64,000 bases of DNA from Bacteroidia bacterium (GCA_965279035.1 OZ257142.1:288001-352000); one strand, 5' to 3'. Positions 1 through 10,605 are shown, numbered from the stretch's first letter. Numbers and translations: made by a program. The notes: generated by a model not told the origin, from the letters alone.

Positions 1-1044
1 AATAATTTTGGAACGACGATCGGTCCGCTTATCGTGAGCTACGCCATTTTCGGCTCTGTTGCTGGTGCTATTAAAGTTGATTCGCTCGATGCTGTAAAAG
101 TGCCCTACCTCATCTTAGGAGCTGCCTTTTTAATCGTTGCTCTCATTTTCAAATTTTCGTCTCTACCCAACAAAATCGACCCAGAAATTTCGGTCGATGA
201 TACATCATCCAAAACCAAAGACATTTTAGACGAATCAGCCATTCAAAAAGCCACTCGTCAATTAGTAAATATCAAGGAAAAAACATCCGCCATTCAATAT
301 CCTCAACTTTGGATGGGTATGATTGCTATATTTCTATACGTGGGCGTAGAAGTATCAACCGCTTCTAACCTTCCAGAATTCATGAAGCAACATCTTCACA
401 CTCCAACTAACGAAATTGCTCCGTTTGTTTCTTTATTTTGGGCGAGTTTGATGATTGGTCGTTGGACAGGTGCTGTGGGAGCAATGAACGTAACAAATTC
501 TGCCAAGCAACTATTTCGCTTCCTCATGCCCTATTTGGCGTTTGGAATCTTTTTACTTGCTAATCGCATCGCCAATCACGATACTTCATCGCTTTACTTG
601 TATGCAGCGGTTTTATTGATTCTAGTCGCCGCCGACTACTTCAGCAAAGGAAATCCGGCTCGACAATTATTAATCTTCTCTAGCCTCGGAATTACCGCAT
701 TATGTATAGGAATGCTAGCCGATGGAATGATAAGCGTTTACGCATTCATTAGCGTTGGTTTATTTTGCTCAACCTTATGGCCTTGCATTTTCACTTTGGC
801 AATTGCTGGATTAGGAAAACATACCAATCAAGGCTCCGGTTTCCTCATTATGATGATAATGGGTGGAGGTTTTATCAGTCTGTTTCAAGGAGTTTTGGCA
901 GGTGATCATTATTTAGGCATCCAACACAGCTATATTGTGGGCGTAATCTGCTTTCTTTACCTCGCATTTTACGGTTGGAAAACCAACGACCTGCTCAAGA
1001 AACAAGGAATTAATTACGATGCAACAAACGCATCAGCTCATTAA
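1..1044 (+). CDS. MFS sugar transporter, FucP/GluP-like (5' end outside window)
   Basis: Frame is open from base 1 (NNFGTTIGPLIV). Multiple TM helices with motifs FLYVGVEV, MIGRW, LWPCIFTLAIAGLG, IMMIMGGG. Lies upstream of a ROK kinase and GH20. Confidence 0.85.
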   Translation, partial: NNFGTTIGPLIVSYAIFGSVAGAIKVDSLDAVKVPYLILGAAFLIVALIFKFSSLPNKIDPEISVDDTSSKTKDILDESAIQKATRQLVNIKEKTSAIQYPQLWMGMIAIFLYVGVEVSTASNLPEFMKQHLHTPTNEIAPFVSLFWASLMIGRWTGAVGAMNVTNSAKQLFRFLMPYLAFGIFLLANRIANHDTSSLYLYAAVLLILVAADYFSKGNPARQLLIFSSLGITALCIGMLADGMISVYAFISVGLFCSTLWPCIFTLAIAGLGKHTNQGSGFLIMMIMGGGFISLFQGVLAGDHYLGIQHSYIVGVICFLYLAFYGWKTNDLLKKQGINYDATNASAH

Positions 1045-1055
1045 TAGAAAATAAC

Positions 1056-1985
1056 ATGGAAGAAGTCGTTGCCGGAATCGATATTGGCGGAACCAACACA
1101 ACCATTGGTCTCGTTAACAAATCGGGGCGAGTGCTTGCGAAAGATGGTATCAAAACCAAGCAATATCCCGAAATCGGTGATTTTGTTACAGCAGCTGCTT
1201 CTCTCATTAGCAAACAGCTCGAAAACATACGTCGCGATATTCCCGAACTCAGCCTCAAAGGCATTGGCATTGGTGCTCCTAACGCCAATCCACACAAAGG
1301 AACCATCGAAAATGCTCCTAACTTAAGCTGGCATGGTATCGTTCCATTAGCTAAACTCATGACTGAGAAGCTTTATGTTCGCTGCGCCCTCACAAACGAC
1401 GCCAAAGCAGCGGCCCTAGGTGAACAAAAATTCGGTGCGGCTAAAGGCATGAAGGATTTTCTCGTAATCACCCTCGGTACAGGTTTAGGAAGCGGAATTG
1501 TTGCTAATGGCTCACTCATTTATGGTCACGATGGTTTTGCCGGCGAACTCGGTCATGTAATTGTTGTGCCTGGCGGAAGATTGTGTGGCTGCGGCCGAAA
1601 TGGTTGCCTCGAAACATACGTGAGCGCAACCGGACTGGTTCGTACATATCGCGAACTTAACCCCAATGCTACTGAAGAAGCCGATGCTCGAGCCATTGCC
1701 GAATTGGCTCAAGGTGGCGATGAAGTGGCAATCGAAACGTATCGCAGAACGGGCGAAATGCTAGGTTTTTCCCTCGCAAACAGTGTGGCTTACACGAGCC
1801 CTGAAGCGATTTTCCTTTTTGGCGGACTCATCCGTGCAGGAGAAATTCTCTTTCAACCTACACGTGAAGCATTCGAAAAGAATCTGCTCAATAACTACAA
1901 AGGTCATATTCACATACATCCATCGGCGCTTCATGAAAGCGATGCGGCTGTTTTGGGTGCGGCATCTATCATCTGGAACGAATAA
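1056..1985 (+). CDS. ROK-family sugar kinase (glucose/GlcNAc kinase-like)
   Basis: GIDIGGT ATP motif, NDAKAAALGE, TLGTGLGSG, GELGH and CGCGRNGCLE zinc motif; no N-terminal HTH. Confidence 0.92.
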   Translation: MEEVVAGIDIGGTNTTIGLVNKSGRVLAKDGIKTKQYPEIGDFVTAAASLISKQLENIRRDIPELSLKGIGIGAPNANPHKGTIENAPNLSWHGIVPLAKLMTEKLYVRCALTNDAKAAALGEQKFGAAKGMKDFLVITLGTGLGSGIVANGSLIYGHDGFAGELGHVIVVPGGRLCGCGRNGCLETYVSATGLVRTYRELNPNATEEADARAIAELAQGGDEVAIETYRRTGEMLGFSLANSVAYTSPEAIFLFGGLIRAGEILFQPTREAFEKNLLNNYKGHIHIHPSALHESDAAVLGAASIIWNE

Positions 1986-1991
1986 TCTATT

Positions 1992-4280
1992 ATGAAACAC
2001 CTTGCTGCTTTCCTGATTTGTTTGCTTTCTCAGTGCATCCTTCAGGCGCAGAAAGGCATCATACCTCAACCACAAGAAATCGAATTCAACGGACAAGATT
2101 TTCTTGTTCAATCACCCATCATCACATTCGATGATTCTTTAATTTATCCAGAAGCAGAATTCCTTAAAGAATCCATTAATCGCTTTTACCAGCAGTCGTT
2201 GCGTATTGTAAGAATGCCCAATATTGCACCAGAAAAAGATCCTCCATTTTTCATTCATCTTCAAATCATTAATCCCGACACTTTACTTCCAATTGGCTGG
2301 TATTATCTGATTGTGGATAAAAACAGAATCAACATTACCGCCACCGAAAAAGCGGGGATTTTCTACGGAATTCAATCACTCCTTCAACTCGGTTATTACA
2401 ATGCTGAGAAGCAATTTGCTTTTCATGGTGCTAAAATCCCCAATGATTATCCCAACATGAAATGGCGTGGTATGCACCTCGATGTGAGCCGTCATTTCTT
2501 CCCAAAAGAATTCATTCTGAAGTACATCGACTTACTGGCGATGAACAAGATGAACGTTTTTCATTGGCACCTTACCGATGATCAAGGTTGGCGCATCGAA
2601 ATCAAGAAATATCCAAAACTAACTTCAATTGGTGGCTGGCGAAAAGGCTCCATGCTTGGGCATTACAACGAACAGCGCTACGATACCATTCGTTATGGAG
2701 GTTTTTATACCCAAGATGAGATTCGTGAAGTAGTGGCTTATGCTGAAAAACGCCACGTGACGATTGTCCCTGAAATTGAAATGCCTGGTCACGCATTAGC
2801 TGCGCTATCGGCGTATCCTCAATTCTCTTGCACGGGCGGTCCATTTGAAGTAGCAAAAGGCTGGGGCGTTTTTGACGATGTGTTTTGTCCGAAGGAAGAA
2901 ACCTTCAATTTCTTGCAAGATGTTTTGGATGAGGTGCTGACGCTTTTCCCTGGAAAATACATCCACATTGGTGGAGATGAGTGCCCTAAAACACGCTGGG
3001 AAAAATGCAAAGCGTGTCAGAAACGCATGAAGGATAACAACCTGAAAGACGAGATGGCTTTGCAGAGTTTTTTCATCCAACGAATAGAGAAATACCTCAA
3101 TAGTAAAGGCAAACAGATCATTGGCTGGGACGAGATTTTAGAAGGTGGCTTAGCTCCCAATGCTGCAGTTATGAGCTGGCGGGGAACTGAGGGGGGAATT
3201 GAAGCCGCGCACTTGCATCATCCTGTAGTAATGACGCCCGGTTCGCATTGTTATTTCGATCACTATCAAGGAAATCCACGACAAGAGCCTGTTGCTATTG
3301 GAGGATATACAACACTTGAAAAAGTTTACAGCTTCCAACCTGTTCCCGAAAAACTCACACCCGAAGTACGAACGTACATTTTAGGTGCTCAAGGAAATGT
3401 GTGGACCGAATACATCAACACATCACGCGATGTAGAATACATGGCTGTTCCACGGATGAGCGCATTGGCAGAAGTGCTCTGGACAAATGAAGTTTCGCGC
3501 AATTACATCCACTTTACCGAACGTCTAACGGAATTCTCTGGCTTATTAAAGAAGATGGATGTGAACATGGCGCATAGCTGGCAAAGACCGGTATTGTCAA
3601 CCCTTGCTCAAAATGGTGTATTAAAAGCGGAAGCCAAACCTCCAGTTCCGGGTAAAAAAATGATGTATGAGTTCAGCAAGCCGGGAATGAAAATCAATGG
3701 GGCTAAAATGGAATATGTGGCACCTGTTGATCTGATTGATAAGAACATTCAGTTTCGTGTTTGGGTGGAAGAAAACGATTCTACACGTTATGAATCCAGC
3801 TTGTTTATACGAAGTAGTTTGGCGAGTGCTAAACAAGTGAGTTTTGCAAAAGCACCTTCGGAACATTATCCCGGAAAAGGCGGTTTTACATTAGTTGATG
3901 GAATTGTAGCAGTGCTCCCTCGAATCAATAGCGAATGGCTTGGCTGGAGCGGCGATGATATGATTGCTACGATTGATTTAGGAGCAACACAAACCATTAG
4001 CAAGGCTGAAATTGGAGTTCTCAATGACCCTACGAATTGGATTTACGAGCCATCGGAGATACAATTAGAAAGGTCTATGGATGGAATTAAGTGGGAAAAC
4101 ATTTTAGTCTCAACAATCGTCCCCTTCAAACCCAATCCTCGAATAAAGCAGCTGAATTTTAGTCCAGTTGATGCACGATATATTCGCATTAGCGCTAAAA
4201 ATCCGGGAATTATTCCAGCAGGAAACCCCGGTGCAGGCAAGAATTCTTGGATCTTTTTTGATGAAATCTTTATTGAATAA
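1992..4280 (+). CDS. GH20 beta-N-acetylhexosaminidase with C-terminal F5/8-type domain
   Basis: Signal peptide; WRGMHLDVSRHF, FHWHLTDDQGWRIEI, PEIEMPGH and catalytic HIGGDE. Confidence 0.95.
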   Translation: MKHLAAFLICLLSQCILQAQKGIIPQPQEIEFNGQDFLVQSPIITFDDSLIYPEAEFLKESINRFYQQSLRIVRMPNIAPEKDPPFFIHLQIINPDTLLPIGWYYLIVDKNRINITATEKAGIFYGIQSLLQLGYYNAEKQFAFHGAKIPNDYPNMKWRGMHLDVSRHFFPKEFILKYIDLLAMNKMNVFHWHLTDDQGWRIEIKKYPKLTSIGGWRKGSMLGHYNEQRYDTIRYGGFYTQDEIREVVAYAEKRHVTIVPEIEMPGHALAALSAYPQFSCTGGPFEVAKGWGVFDDVFCPKEETFNFLQDVLDEVLTLFPGKYIHIGGDECPKTRWEKCKACQKRMKDNNLKDEMALQSFFIQRIEKYLNSKGKQIIGWDEILEGGLAPNAAVMSWRGTEGGIEAAHLHHPVVMTPGSHCYFDHYQGNPRQEPVAIGGYTTLEKVYSFQPVPEKLTPEVRTYILGAQGNVWTEYINTSRDVEYMAVPRMSALAEVLWTNEVSRNYIHFTERLTEFSGLLKKMDVNMAHSWQRPVLSTLAQNGVLKAEAKPPVPGKKMMYEFSKPGMKINGAKMEYVAPVDLIDKNIQFRVWVEENDSTRYESSLFIRSSLASAKQVSFAKAPSEHYPGKGGFTLVDGIVAVLPRINSEWLGWSGDDMIATIDLGATQTISKAEIGVLNDPTNWIYEPSEIQLERSMDGIKWENILVSTIVPFKPNPRIKQLNFSPVDARYIRISAKNPGIIPAGNPGAGKNSWIFFDEIFIE

Positions 4281-5275
4281 TGGCAAGCAATCGACGCGGT
4301 TTTCTTAAATCCGGTATACTCGGAACAGCAGCATTGGGCATCACACCTTTTGTGAAAGAGAGTATGGGCGCAACTTTCAGCGTATCCTCTTCGCCTCTCA
4401 TTCAGCAAAAACCCATTGTGCTTTCTACTTGGAAATTTGGATTGAAAGCCAACGAAGAAGCCTGGAAAATTTTATCGAAAAACGGTCATGCACTTGATGC
4501 GGTGGAGGCCGGAGTAATGGTGGTAGAAGCCGATCCAGAAGAGCGCAGTGTAGGCTATGGCGGAAGACCTGACCGAGATGGCCGTGTGACTTTGGATGCA
4601 TGCATCATGGATGAAAACCTCAACATTGGTTCAGTGGCCTGTTTGGAGCACATCATGCACCCTATTTCGGTGGCGCGCAGAGTGATGGAAAAAACGCCGC
4701 ATGTGATGTTGGTGGGCGATGGCGCCTTGCAATTTGCCTTAGAGCAGGGTTTTCCAAAAATCAAATTACTGACGCCCGAATCAGAATCCGAGTGGAAAGA
4801 GTGGTTGAAGAAATCGGAGTACAAACCCAAAGTAAACATCGAAAATCACGATACCATTGGCATGATTGCACTCGATGCACAAGGACGTTTATCGGGCTGT
4901 TGCACCACTTCGGGCATGGCGTATAAAATGCACGGTCGCGTAGGCGATTCTCCCATTATCGGTGCTGGATTGTATGTGGATGGAGAAATTGGAGCCGCTA
5001 CAGCTACCGGACATGGAGAAGAAGTGATTCGTATTGCCGGTTGTCATTTGGTAGTCGAACTCATGCGCCAAGGAAGAACACCCGAAGAAGCCTGTAAAGA
5101 AGCTGTCGAGCGCGTGTACAAAAAGCAACAAAATCGCATTAAAGACATTCAAGTCGGATTTATTGCTCTCAACATCGCTGGACAAACTGGCGCCTATTGC
5201 GTGCAGCCTGGATTCAACTATGCCTTGCACGATGTAAGTGGCAATCGCTTGATTGATGCAGGAAGTCGAATTTGA
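4280..5275 (+). CDS. N4-(beta-N-acetylglucosaminyl)-L-asparaginase (glycosylasparaginase, Ntn hydrolase)
   Basis: Tat-like signal NRRGFLK; SVGYGGRPD, autocleavage site HD-TIG, GRVGDSPIIGAG, ATGHGE. Confidence 0.92.
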   Translation: MASNRRGFLKSGILGTAALGITPFVKESMGATFSVSSSPLIQQKPIVLSTWKFGLKANEEAWKILSKNGHALDAVEAGVMVVEADPEERSVGYGGRPDRDGRVTLDACIMDENLNIGSVACLEHIMHPISVARRVMEKTPHVMLVGDGALQFALEQGFPKIKLLTPESESEWKEWLKKSEYKPKVNIENHDTIGMIALDAQGRLSGCCTTSGMAYKMHGRVGDSPIIGAGLYVDGEIGAATATGHGEEVIRIAGCHLVVELMRQGRTPEEACKEAVERVYKKQQNRIKDIQVGFIALNIAGQTGAYCVQPGFNYALHDVSGNRLIDAGSRI

Positions 5276-5276
5276 T

Positions 5277-7223
5277 TTATTTCTCAAAAAATCCAGCCGA
5301 ACGTTTGGGAGAACCATCCCAATTAAGCACACTCCAGGACATCACAGGAGCTACTTCATTCAATTGCCAAAAGAGCGTTCCCATGCAATACGGAGCAGCT
5401 TTTTTATGTGCCTCACTCGCGGCTCTATAAACCATCATTTGCAAATGCTGTGAAGAGTTAATTATTTCCTGATTGGTAGTATGGGGCAATCCGTTTTCGT
5501 CGAGGTAACGAAGCAGCAAACCAATGCCTTTGTAGCTTTTTACTAAATCACGTAAATCAATATCATTCAACTTTTTCCCATAGGTTTCCTCCAACAATTC
5601 TATAGAAGGAAATGAGGGAAATCCATATTCACTCATAAAACGAGGAATGCGTGTAAGCACCGAATCCACCGGATATTCGCCGTGCCACACCGACCAGTCG
5701 TGATTATCACCGGTTTTTAATTCCGACACTTCTCCCCAGTTGGAGACAGGCGTGGATGGGAGATAAGGGATTTCGAGGGAGGTTTGACGAAGGATTTCAG
5801 GAAGAAAACTTTCAAAGAAAAAGACGTAGTCGTGATCCAACATATTCTTTTGAGGGATTTTATATTGGTAAGTAGTTTCCCAGCCCCAATTTTTCCGTCC
5901 CACATTGATTTCATTGTTACCACACCAAAGCGCCAAACTTGGATGCTTTGCTAAGCGTTCCGATTGATAGACGATTTCCTGTTTCACGTTTTCTAGAAAA
6001 GGATCATCTACCGGATAATAAGAACAGGCAAACATAGCATCTTGCCAAATCATCACGCCGTGTTCATCCGCCCAGTTAAAAAAAGCTTCAGGCAAATAGG
6101 TTCCACCACCCCAAATGCGCAACATATTGAAGCCAGCAATTTGCACGTATTGTAGCTCTTTCGTAGATAAACCAGCGACGCGATCTCCTTCAAAAGCTTC
6201 GTTTGGCATTACCACATTGGCTCCGTTGGCAAAGACTGGCTCGTAATTCACTTTAAACGTAAAGGAAACGCCTGTTGAATCGGGTTGGCGTTCTAAGTCA
6301 ATCATGCGAATGCCAAATCGAAAATCCTGTTTCTTTTCCTCCTGTTTATCAAACCAACAATGTGCGGTATATAGTTGCGGTCCATCATTCATTCCGATTG
6401 GCCACCAAAGTTTCGCTTTAGTGATTTTCACCTGAATAAGTGTATCGAAAACTCCTCGTTTAAGTTGAATGTGCTCGGTTAGACTATCGATTTGAAGATG
6501 CAGTACTTGCTTTTTCTTAGAAGCAATTCCCTTGAGATGAATGTCTAATTGAACGTCTCCATAGGCGATTGATCTCGTTACGACACGCAACGATTGTACT
6601 TCCTGTGGAGCATGTTCAATGAGTTGAGGCATGACACGAAAGCCCGTATAGATTTCGGGATAACAAAAATCCCAACCAAATTCCTGTTGCGGCTGACGAA
6701 TAAAGGGAGCCGTTTTGATAGAATCGACTTGGTTTCCTGCGGGCATAGGGAAATTCCGTCGTGTGAGTTCATCTACTTCTTCGCGGGGCGGACGAAATTG
6801 TATGCGTAATACATTGTGTTTTTTGAGCAGTTTTTTAGGAACCGGAAAAGACCAAAGTCGGAATGCGTTATTGGTTTCGCCAAGGAGTTGATCGTTGAGA
6901 AAAATACGTGTGAACGTTTGCAGGTAATTGAATTGTAATTCGAGGTTTTTATGCTGTGGAGCATCAAACGAACAAGAAATTTCGAGTGCTAAGGAGGCAA
7001 TCGAATCGTGATAGGCGATACTTTCTTTGGAGTAACGAAGTCGAAGTTTTGGGTTTTGAACAGAAGCATGCAGTCGAGCTAAATCAACTAAATTGAGAGC
7101 TCCTTGAAATGGAATTTCAGAGGATGAGCCGTTTATACGCAAGTTCCATTGTTTCAACTGAAGCGTATCGGCTGAAAAGACAAAAAGAGGAATAAACAGC
7201 AGTACTAGTGCGAGTTGGCGCAT
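5277..7223 (-). CDS. GH2 beta-mannosidase-like glycosidase (short C-terminus)
   Basis: FGWDF, NMLRIWGGG, WCGNNE (acid/base), RFMSEYGFPS (nucleophile), GTLFWQLNE. Confidence 0.85.
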   Translation of the reverse strand: MRQLALVLLFIPLFVFSADTLQLKQWNLRINGSSSEIPFQGALNLVDLARLHASVQNPKLRLRYSKESIAYHDSIASLALEISCSFDAPQHKNLELQFNYLQTFTRIFLNDQLLGETNNAFRLWSFPVPKKLLKKHNVLRIQFRPPREEVDELTRRNFPMPAGNQVDSIKTAPFIRQPQQEFGWDFCYPEIYTGFRVMPQLIEHAPQEVQSLRVVTRSIAYGDVQLDIHLKGIASKKKQVLHLQIDSLTEHIQLKRGVFDTLIQVKITKAKLWWPIGMNDGPQLYTAHCWFDKQEEKKQDFRFGIRMIDLERQPDSTGVSFTFKVNYEPVFANGANVVMPNEAFEGDRVAGLSTKELQYVQIAGFNMLRIWGGGTYLPEAFFNWADEHGVMIWQDAMFACSYYPVDDPFLENVKQEIVYQSERLAKHPSLALWCGNNEINVGRKNWGWETTYQYKIPQKNMLDHDYVFFFESFLPEILRQTSLEIPYLPSTPVSNWGEVSELKTGDNHDWSVWHGEYPVDSVLTRIPRFMSEYGFPSFPSIELLEETYGKKLNDIDLRDLVKSYKGIGLLLRYLDENGLPHTTNQEIINSSQHLQMMVYRAASEAHKKAAPYCMGTLFWQLNEVAPVMSWSVLNWDGSPKRSAGFFEK

Positions 7224-7960
7224 TGTTGCAAAACAGATTTCATTTCGGAGATTTTCTCAGCACTCGCCACTTGAATAGCATATTCATCGATATCGCCTTC
7301 TTTACCCATTAGTATTGCTGGATTACGAAAGTTCATTTTCGAATCTTTAAAAGAAGATGCTGATGCATGAAAGTGACGAATCCCCGCATTCCACAATTCA
7401 GAGATTTGAGATGAATTTACGCCACTTCCAGCCATAATTTGAATACGTCCATCCGCTTGAATCACCAATTTTTTTAAGACCGAAATCCCTTCAATTGCCG
7501 TTTTGGCAGCACCCGAACTTAACACACGAGTCACGCCTAAATCAATCAATTCCTGAAGTGTTTCGAATGGATTATAACTCATATCGATAGCTCGATGCAC
7601 AGAGAATTCCATACTGCCCGCAGCATCTTTCAATTGCTTCATTCGCTCTAAATCGAGTCTACCGTTAGGTAGTAAAATACCTGTTACGACACCAGGAACG
7701 CCTTGCAGTTTCATGCTTTCGAGGTCGATCAGCATTTCTTGAAACTCAGAGTCTGAGTAACAAAAATCACCGCCACGTGGACGAAGAATCGGAAATACTC
7801 GAATGTTCTTGCATTGCAATGCTTGTTGAATTGCACCAAAGGAAGGGGTTGTTCCGCCTTCTAATCTTCCAGCACATAGTTCCACACGATCGGCACCAGC
7901 GGCTTCGGCAAGCAGAACGGTTTCGTGTGAATATGCACAAATTTCAAGTGAATGCCGCAT
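7205..7960 (-). CDS. cutC: CutC family protein
   Basis: LEICA, GADRVELC, EGGTTPS, RPRGGDFCYS, HRAID, IMAGSGV. Confidence 0.92.
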   Translation of the reverse strand: MRHSLEICAYSHETVLLAEAAGADRVELCAGRLEGGTTPSFGAIQQALQCKNIRVFPILRPRGGDFCYSDSEFQEMLIDLESMKLQGVPGVVTGILLPNGRLDLERMKQLKDAAGSMEFSVHRAIDMSYNPFETLQELIDLGVTRVLSSGAAKTAIEGISVLKKLVIQADGRIQIMAGSGVNSSQISELWNAGIRHFHASASSFKDSKMNFRNPAILMGKEGDIDEYAIQVASAEKISEMKSVLQQCANSH

Positions 7961-8014
7961 GTTGAATAATTCTGTAAGCGACGAATGTACTTGGTTTTGG
8001 CTTAAATTCGTAGC

Positions 8015-8317
8015 ATGGAATCAGTCAATAAGCCAAATCTGGATAAACGTATTTTCTGGGACATCCGTTTTGAGGAATTGGACTATGAAAAATACGCCAA
8101 CTTCATTATCGAACGTGTTTTTGAACGTGGCGATGTGGAGGATATTCGTCAGGTTCGTCGGTTTTATGGGGATGATAAAGTGCGGTTTGCGTTGACTAAT
8201 GCTAAATGGTTGTCAGTCATAACACTTTCATTAGCAAAAGCAGTTTTAGGAAATAACAACGAAGATTATAGATGCTACACTATGAAACTGTCGAACCCGA
8301 CACACTTCGATTATTAA
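8015..8317 (+). CDS. DUF6922-like small protein, putative partner/antitoxin
   Basis: Pattern IFWD...LDYEKYANFIIERVFERG...VRRFYG; overlaps the downstream nucleotidyltransferase gene by 46 bp. Confidence 0.7.
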   Translation: MESVNKPNLDKRIFWDIRFEELDYEKYANFIIERVFERGDVEDIRQVRRFYGDDKVRFALTNAKWLSVITLSLAKAVLGNNNEDYRCYTMKLSNPTHFDY

Positions 8318-8898
8318 AACTTTTGATGAAGTCTCCTGCTTTGAAAAACTTCTGTTTAGTAGGAGGAACAGGTCTTTCGTTGCGTTATGGCCATCGTAAA
8401 TCTATTGATCTCGATTTATTTTCAACTGTTCCTTATGATAGTTTTGAGCTTTTGGAGGAATTAAGAAATGAAGGCTTCATGTTCAAAGAGACTTTTTCTT
8501 CCAATAAGCTTGGAATTTTTGGCTACATCAAAGGAGTTAAGGTTGATTTAGTAAGACATCATTATAAACCGCTCATAGATGAAATTATAATTGAAGATGG
8601 TATTCGAATATTTGGTGACAAGGATATTATTGCGATGAAAATTTCTGCTATTTTAAGAAGAGCTGTAAAAAAAGATTTTTGGGATATTGCCGAATTGCTT
8701 AATCATTACACCGTAGCTAATTTCATTACATTTTATGAATCAAAATATCCTGATGAACATTTAATAATTTCTATTCCTAAAGCTATAACCTATTTTGATG
8801 AAGCAGATGATTCTCCTAATCCAGATTGCCTTCTAGGATTAAGCTGGGAAGAAGTTAAGAACAAAATTCGCCAAGGGGTGAATGAGTATTTGAAATAA
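8272..8898 (+). CDS. AbiEii/AbiGii-family nucleotidyltransferase (toxin-like)
   Basis: LVGGTGLSLRYGHRKSIDLDLF motif; AMKISAI..RAVKKDFWDI. Confidence 0.85.
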   Translation: MLHYETVEPDTLRLLKLLMKSPALKNFCLVGGTGLSLRYGHRKSIDLDLFSTVPYDSFELLEELRNEGFMFKETFSSNKLGIFGYIKGVKVDLVRHHYKPLIDEIIIEDGIRIFGDKDIIAMKISAILRRAVKKDFWDIAELLNHYTVANFITFYESKYPDEHLIISIPKAITYFDEADDSPNPDCLLGLSWEEVKNKIRQGVNEYLK

Positions 8899-8904
8899 TC
8901 CGAT

Positions 8905-9093
8905 TTACATCTTCAAGAATTCAAAGGCCTTGTACACCAGCAAAGCAGGCCAAACCAGGGCTTTGAGCACACCAATTATTCCCATCCAAAAACTGGTAGC
9001 ATGCAGTATATAATAGACAAGCGCTCCGAGAAAACCCAAACCATAAACAGCTTGTGATTGAAGCACTACTTTGTTCTTCTTTTGATTTTCCAT
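8905..9093 (-). CDS. small two-helix membrane protein, unknown function
   Basis: 62 aa hydrophobic ORF (VYGLGFLGALVYY...LKALVWPALLVY) starting 21 bp after the oxidoreductase stop. Confidence 0.7.
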   Translation of the reverse strand: MENQKKNKVVLQSQAVYGLGFLGALVYYILHATSFWMGIIGVLKALVWPALLVYKAFEFLKM

Positions 9094-9114
9094 TTTAGAA
9101 TTTTTAAATGCGTT

Positions 9115-10605
9115 TTATTTCACTGTAAATGCAATTTTATTCTCCTTGCAAATCGTTTGGATTATCCATTTGCCCGATTGAGCCGCAGGAGGAAGTCCGC
9201 CACCCGGAAACACCCATTGGCCAACCATATAAAAGTTTTCAAGTCCTTTAAGTCTATCGGGAAGTGATTGTGTCATTACATTTCCTTCAGGTAAAAAGCC
9301 TTCAAAAGAACCTTTCCAAACGCCTGTCATTTTATTTCCTGTGATAGGTGTATTTACGTCTGTGATTTCGATTTTAGAAGTTATTCCAGGATAGTGCTTT
9401 TCTAAGAGTGCGATTGCATTTTTCAAAATCAGTTCTTTTTCTTGATGATACGCTGTTTCAGAAACAGTTGACCAATCTTCCCAAGGACTCGTAAATCGTA
9501 AAATAATGCTGCTTTTTCCTTTAGGAGCCAGAGTTGAATCGTGCTTACTTTGATTCATTATGGAATATCCTTCTTTAACCCAAAAATTGCCCATTTTAAA
9601 AGGCTTTTGCCAATAAGAAATTACAACATCATCCGACTTCACTTCCTCGTTTATCCCAAAAGAGATTTGTACAAAAGGCTTAAAAAGCTTCCAGTTTTTA
9701 TACGCTTTTTCAAATTCAGGACTCAGGTATTTTCCCGACAACATTTCATATAAAGTTGAATGTCCATCGGCAGCGCCAATAATAATATCTGCTCTTATTT
9801 CTTTCCCGTCAACTAGTTTAACTCCAACTGCTTTGTCGTTTTCTACAAGTATTTTATCCACTTTAGAATTAAGCAATAATTTACCTCCTAATTCATGGTA
9901 ACGTTTATACATTCTACCTGCAATGGGTAAAGAACCGCCAATTAAATAACCTGCATTTTTATCGTGATACCAGCCTAACATGAGAATAAATACAAGGGCT
10001 GAAATATTTTGATTTTCAAACATTTTCAACAGAAAAAACTGCAGCTTTTCATTTTTCAGATTAAGTGATTTTAGATATTTATCAATAGGCATATTTCCAT
10101 AGCGTATCATCATGAAAATAATTCCAGGCATTTTAATTAATGAGGAAACATAATCAAACCAAGATCTGCACGAAGGGGCATCTTGAAATGGTTCAAGCTT
10201 TACTCCTTTTTTCATCTTTTTGCACATGCTTTTTATGCTCGATGCGTCTTCTGGTGCAATATTCAGAAGGTATTCCTGCCATTTATCGATATCAGAATAG
10301 ATGTAAAATTTCCCGTAATTTTCGTCTTCGATAACCGAAAAAACTTCGCTGTTTATTACCTCAACTTTATCTGTAATTACATGCGTTTCTTTCCAAATAT
10401 CATTGAATACATTTTTTCGAGTTCCGACCAACCAATGCAAGCAATAATCAAAGTGATAATCACCTCGCTTCCAAGCTGTACATTGTCCGCCAGGAATAGA
10501 ATGCATTTCGATAATTTGTGTATCAAACCCATTCATCTGCCCATAAATACCCGTTGAAAGTCCCGATACACCTCCTCCAATGATTACGATTTGTTTCTTA
10601 GACAT
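9115..10605 (-). CDS. FAD-dependent oxidoreductase, phytoene-desaturase-like superfamily
   Basis: IIGGGVSGL FAD motif, PGGQCTAWKRGDYHFD, C-terminal NFYMVGQWVFPGGGLP. Confidence 0.85.
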   Translation of the reverse strand: MSKKQIVIIGGGVSGLSTGIYGQMNGFDTQIIEMHSIPGGQCTAWKRGDYHFDYCLHWLVGTRKNVFNDIWKETHVITDKVEVINSEVFSVIEDENYGKFYIYSDIDKWQEYLLNIAPEDASSIKSMCKKMKKGVKLEPFQDAPSCRSWFDYVSSLIKMPGIIFMMIRYGNMPIDKYLKSLNLKNEKLQFFLLKMFENQNISALVFILMLGWYHDKNAGYLIGGSLPIAGRMYKRYHELGGKLLLNSKVDKILVENDKAVGVKLVDGKEIRADIIIGAADGHSTLYEMLSGKYLSPEFEKAYKNWKLFKPFVQISFGINEEVKSDDVVISYWQKPFKMGNFWVKEGYSIMNQSKHDSTLAPKGKSSIILRFTSPWEDWSTVSETAYHQEKELILKNAIALLEKHYPGITSKIEITDVNTPITGNKMTGVWKGSFEGFLPEGNVMTQSLPDRLKGLENFYMVGQWVFPGGGLPPAAQSGKWIIQTICKENKIAFTVK

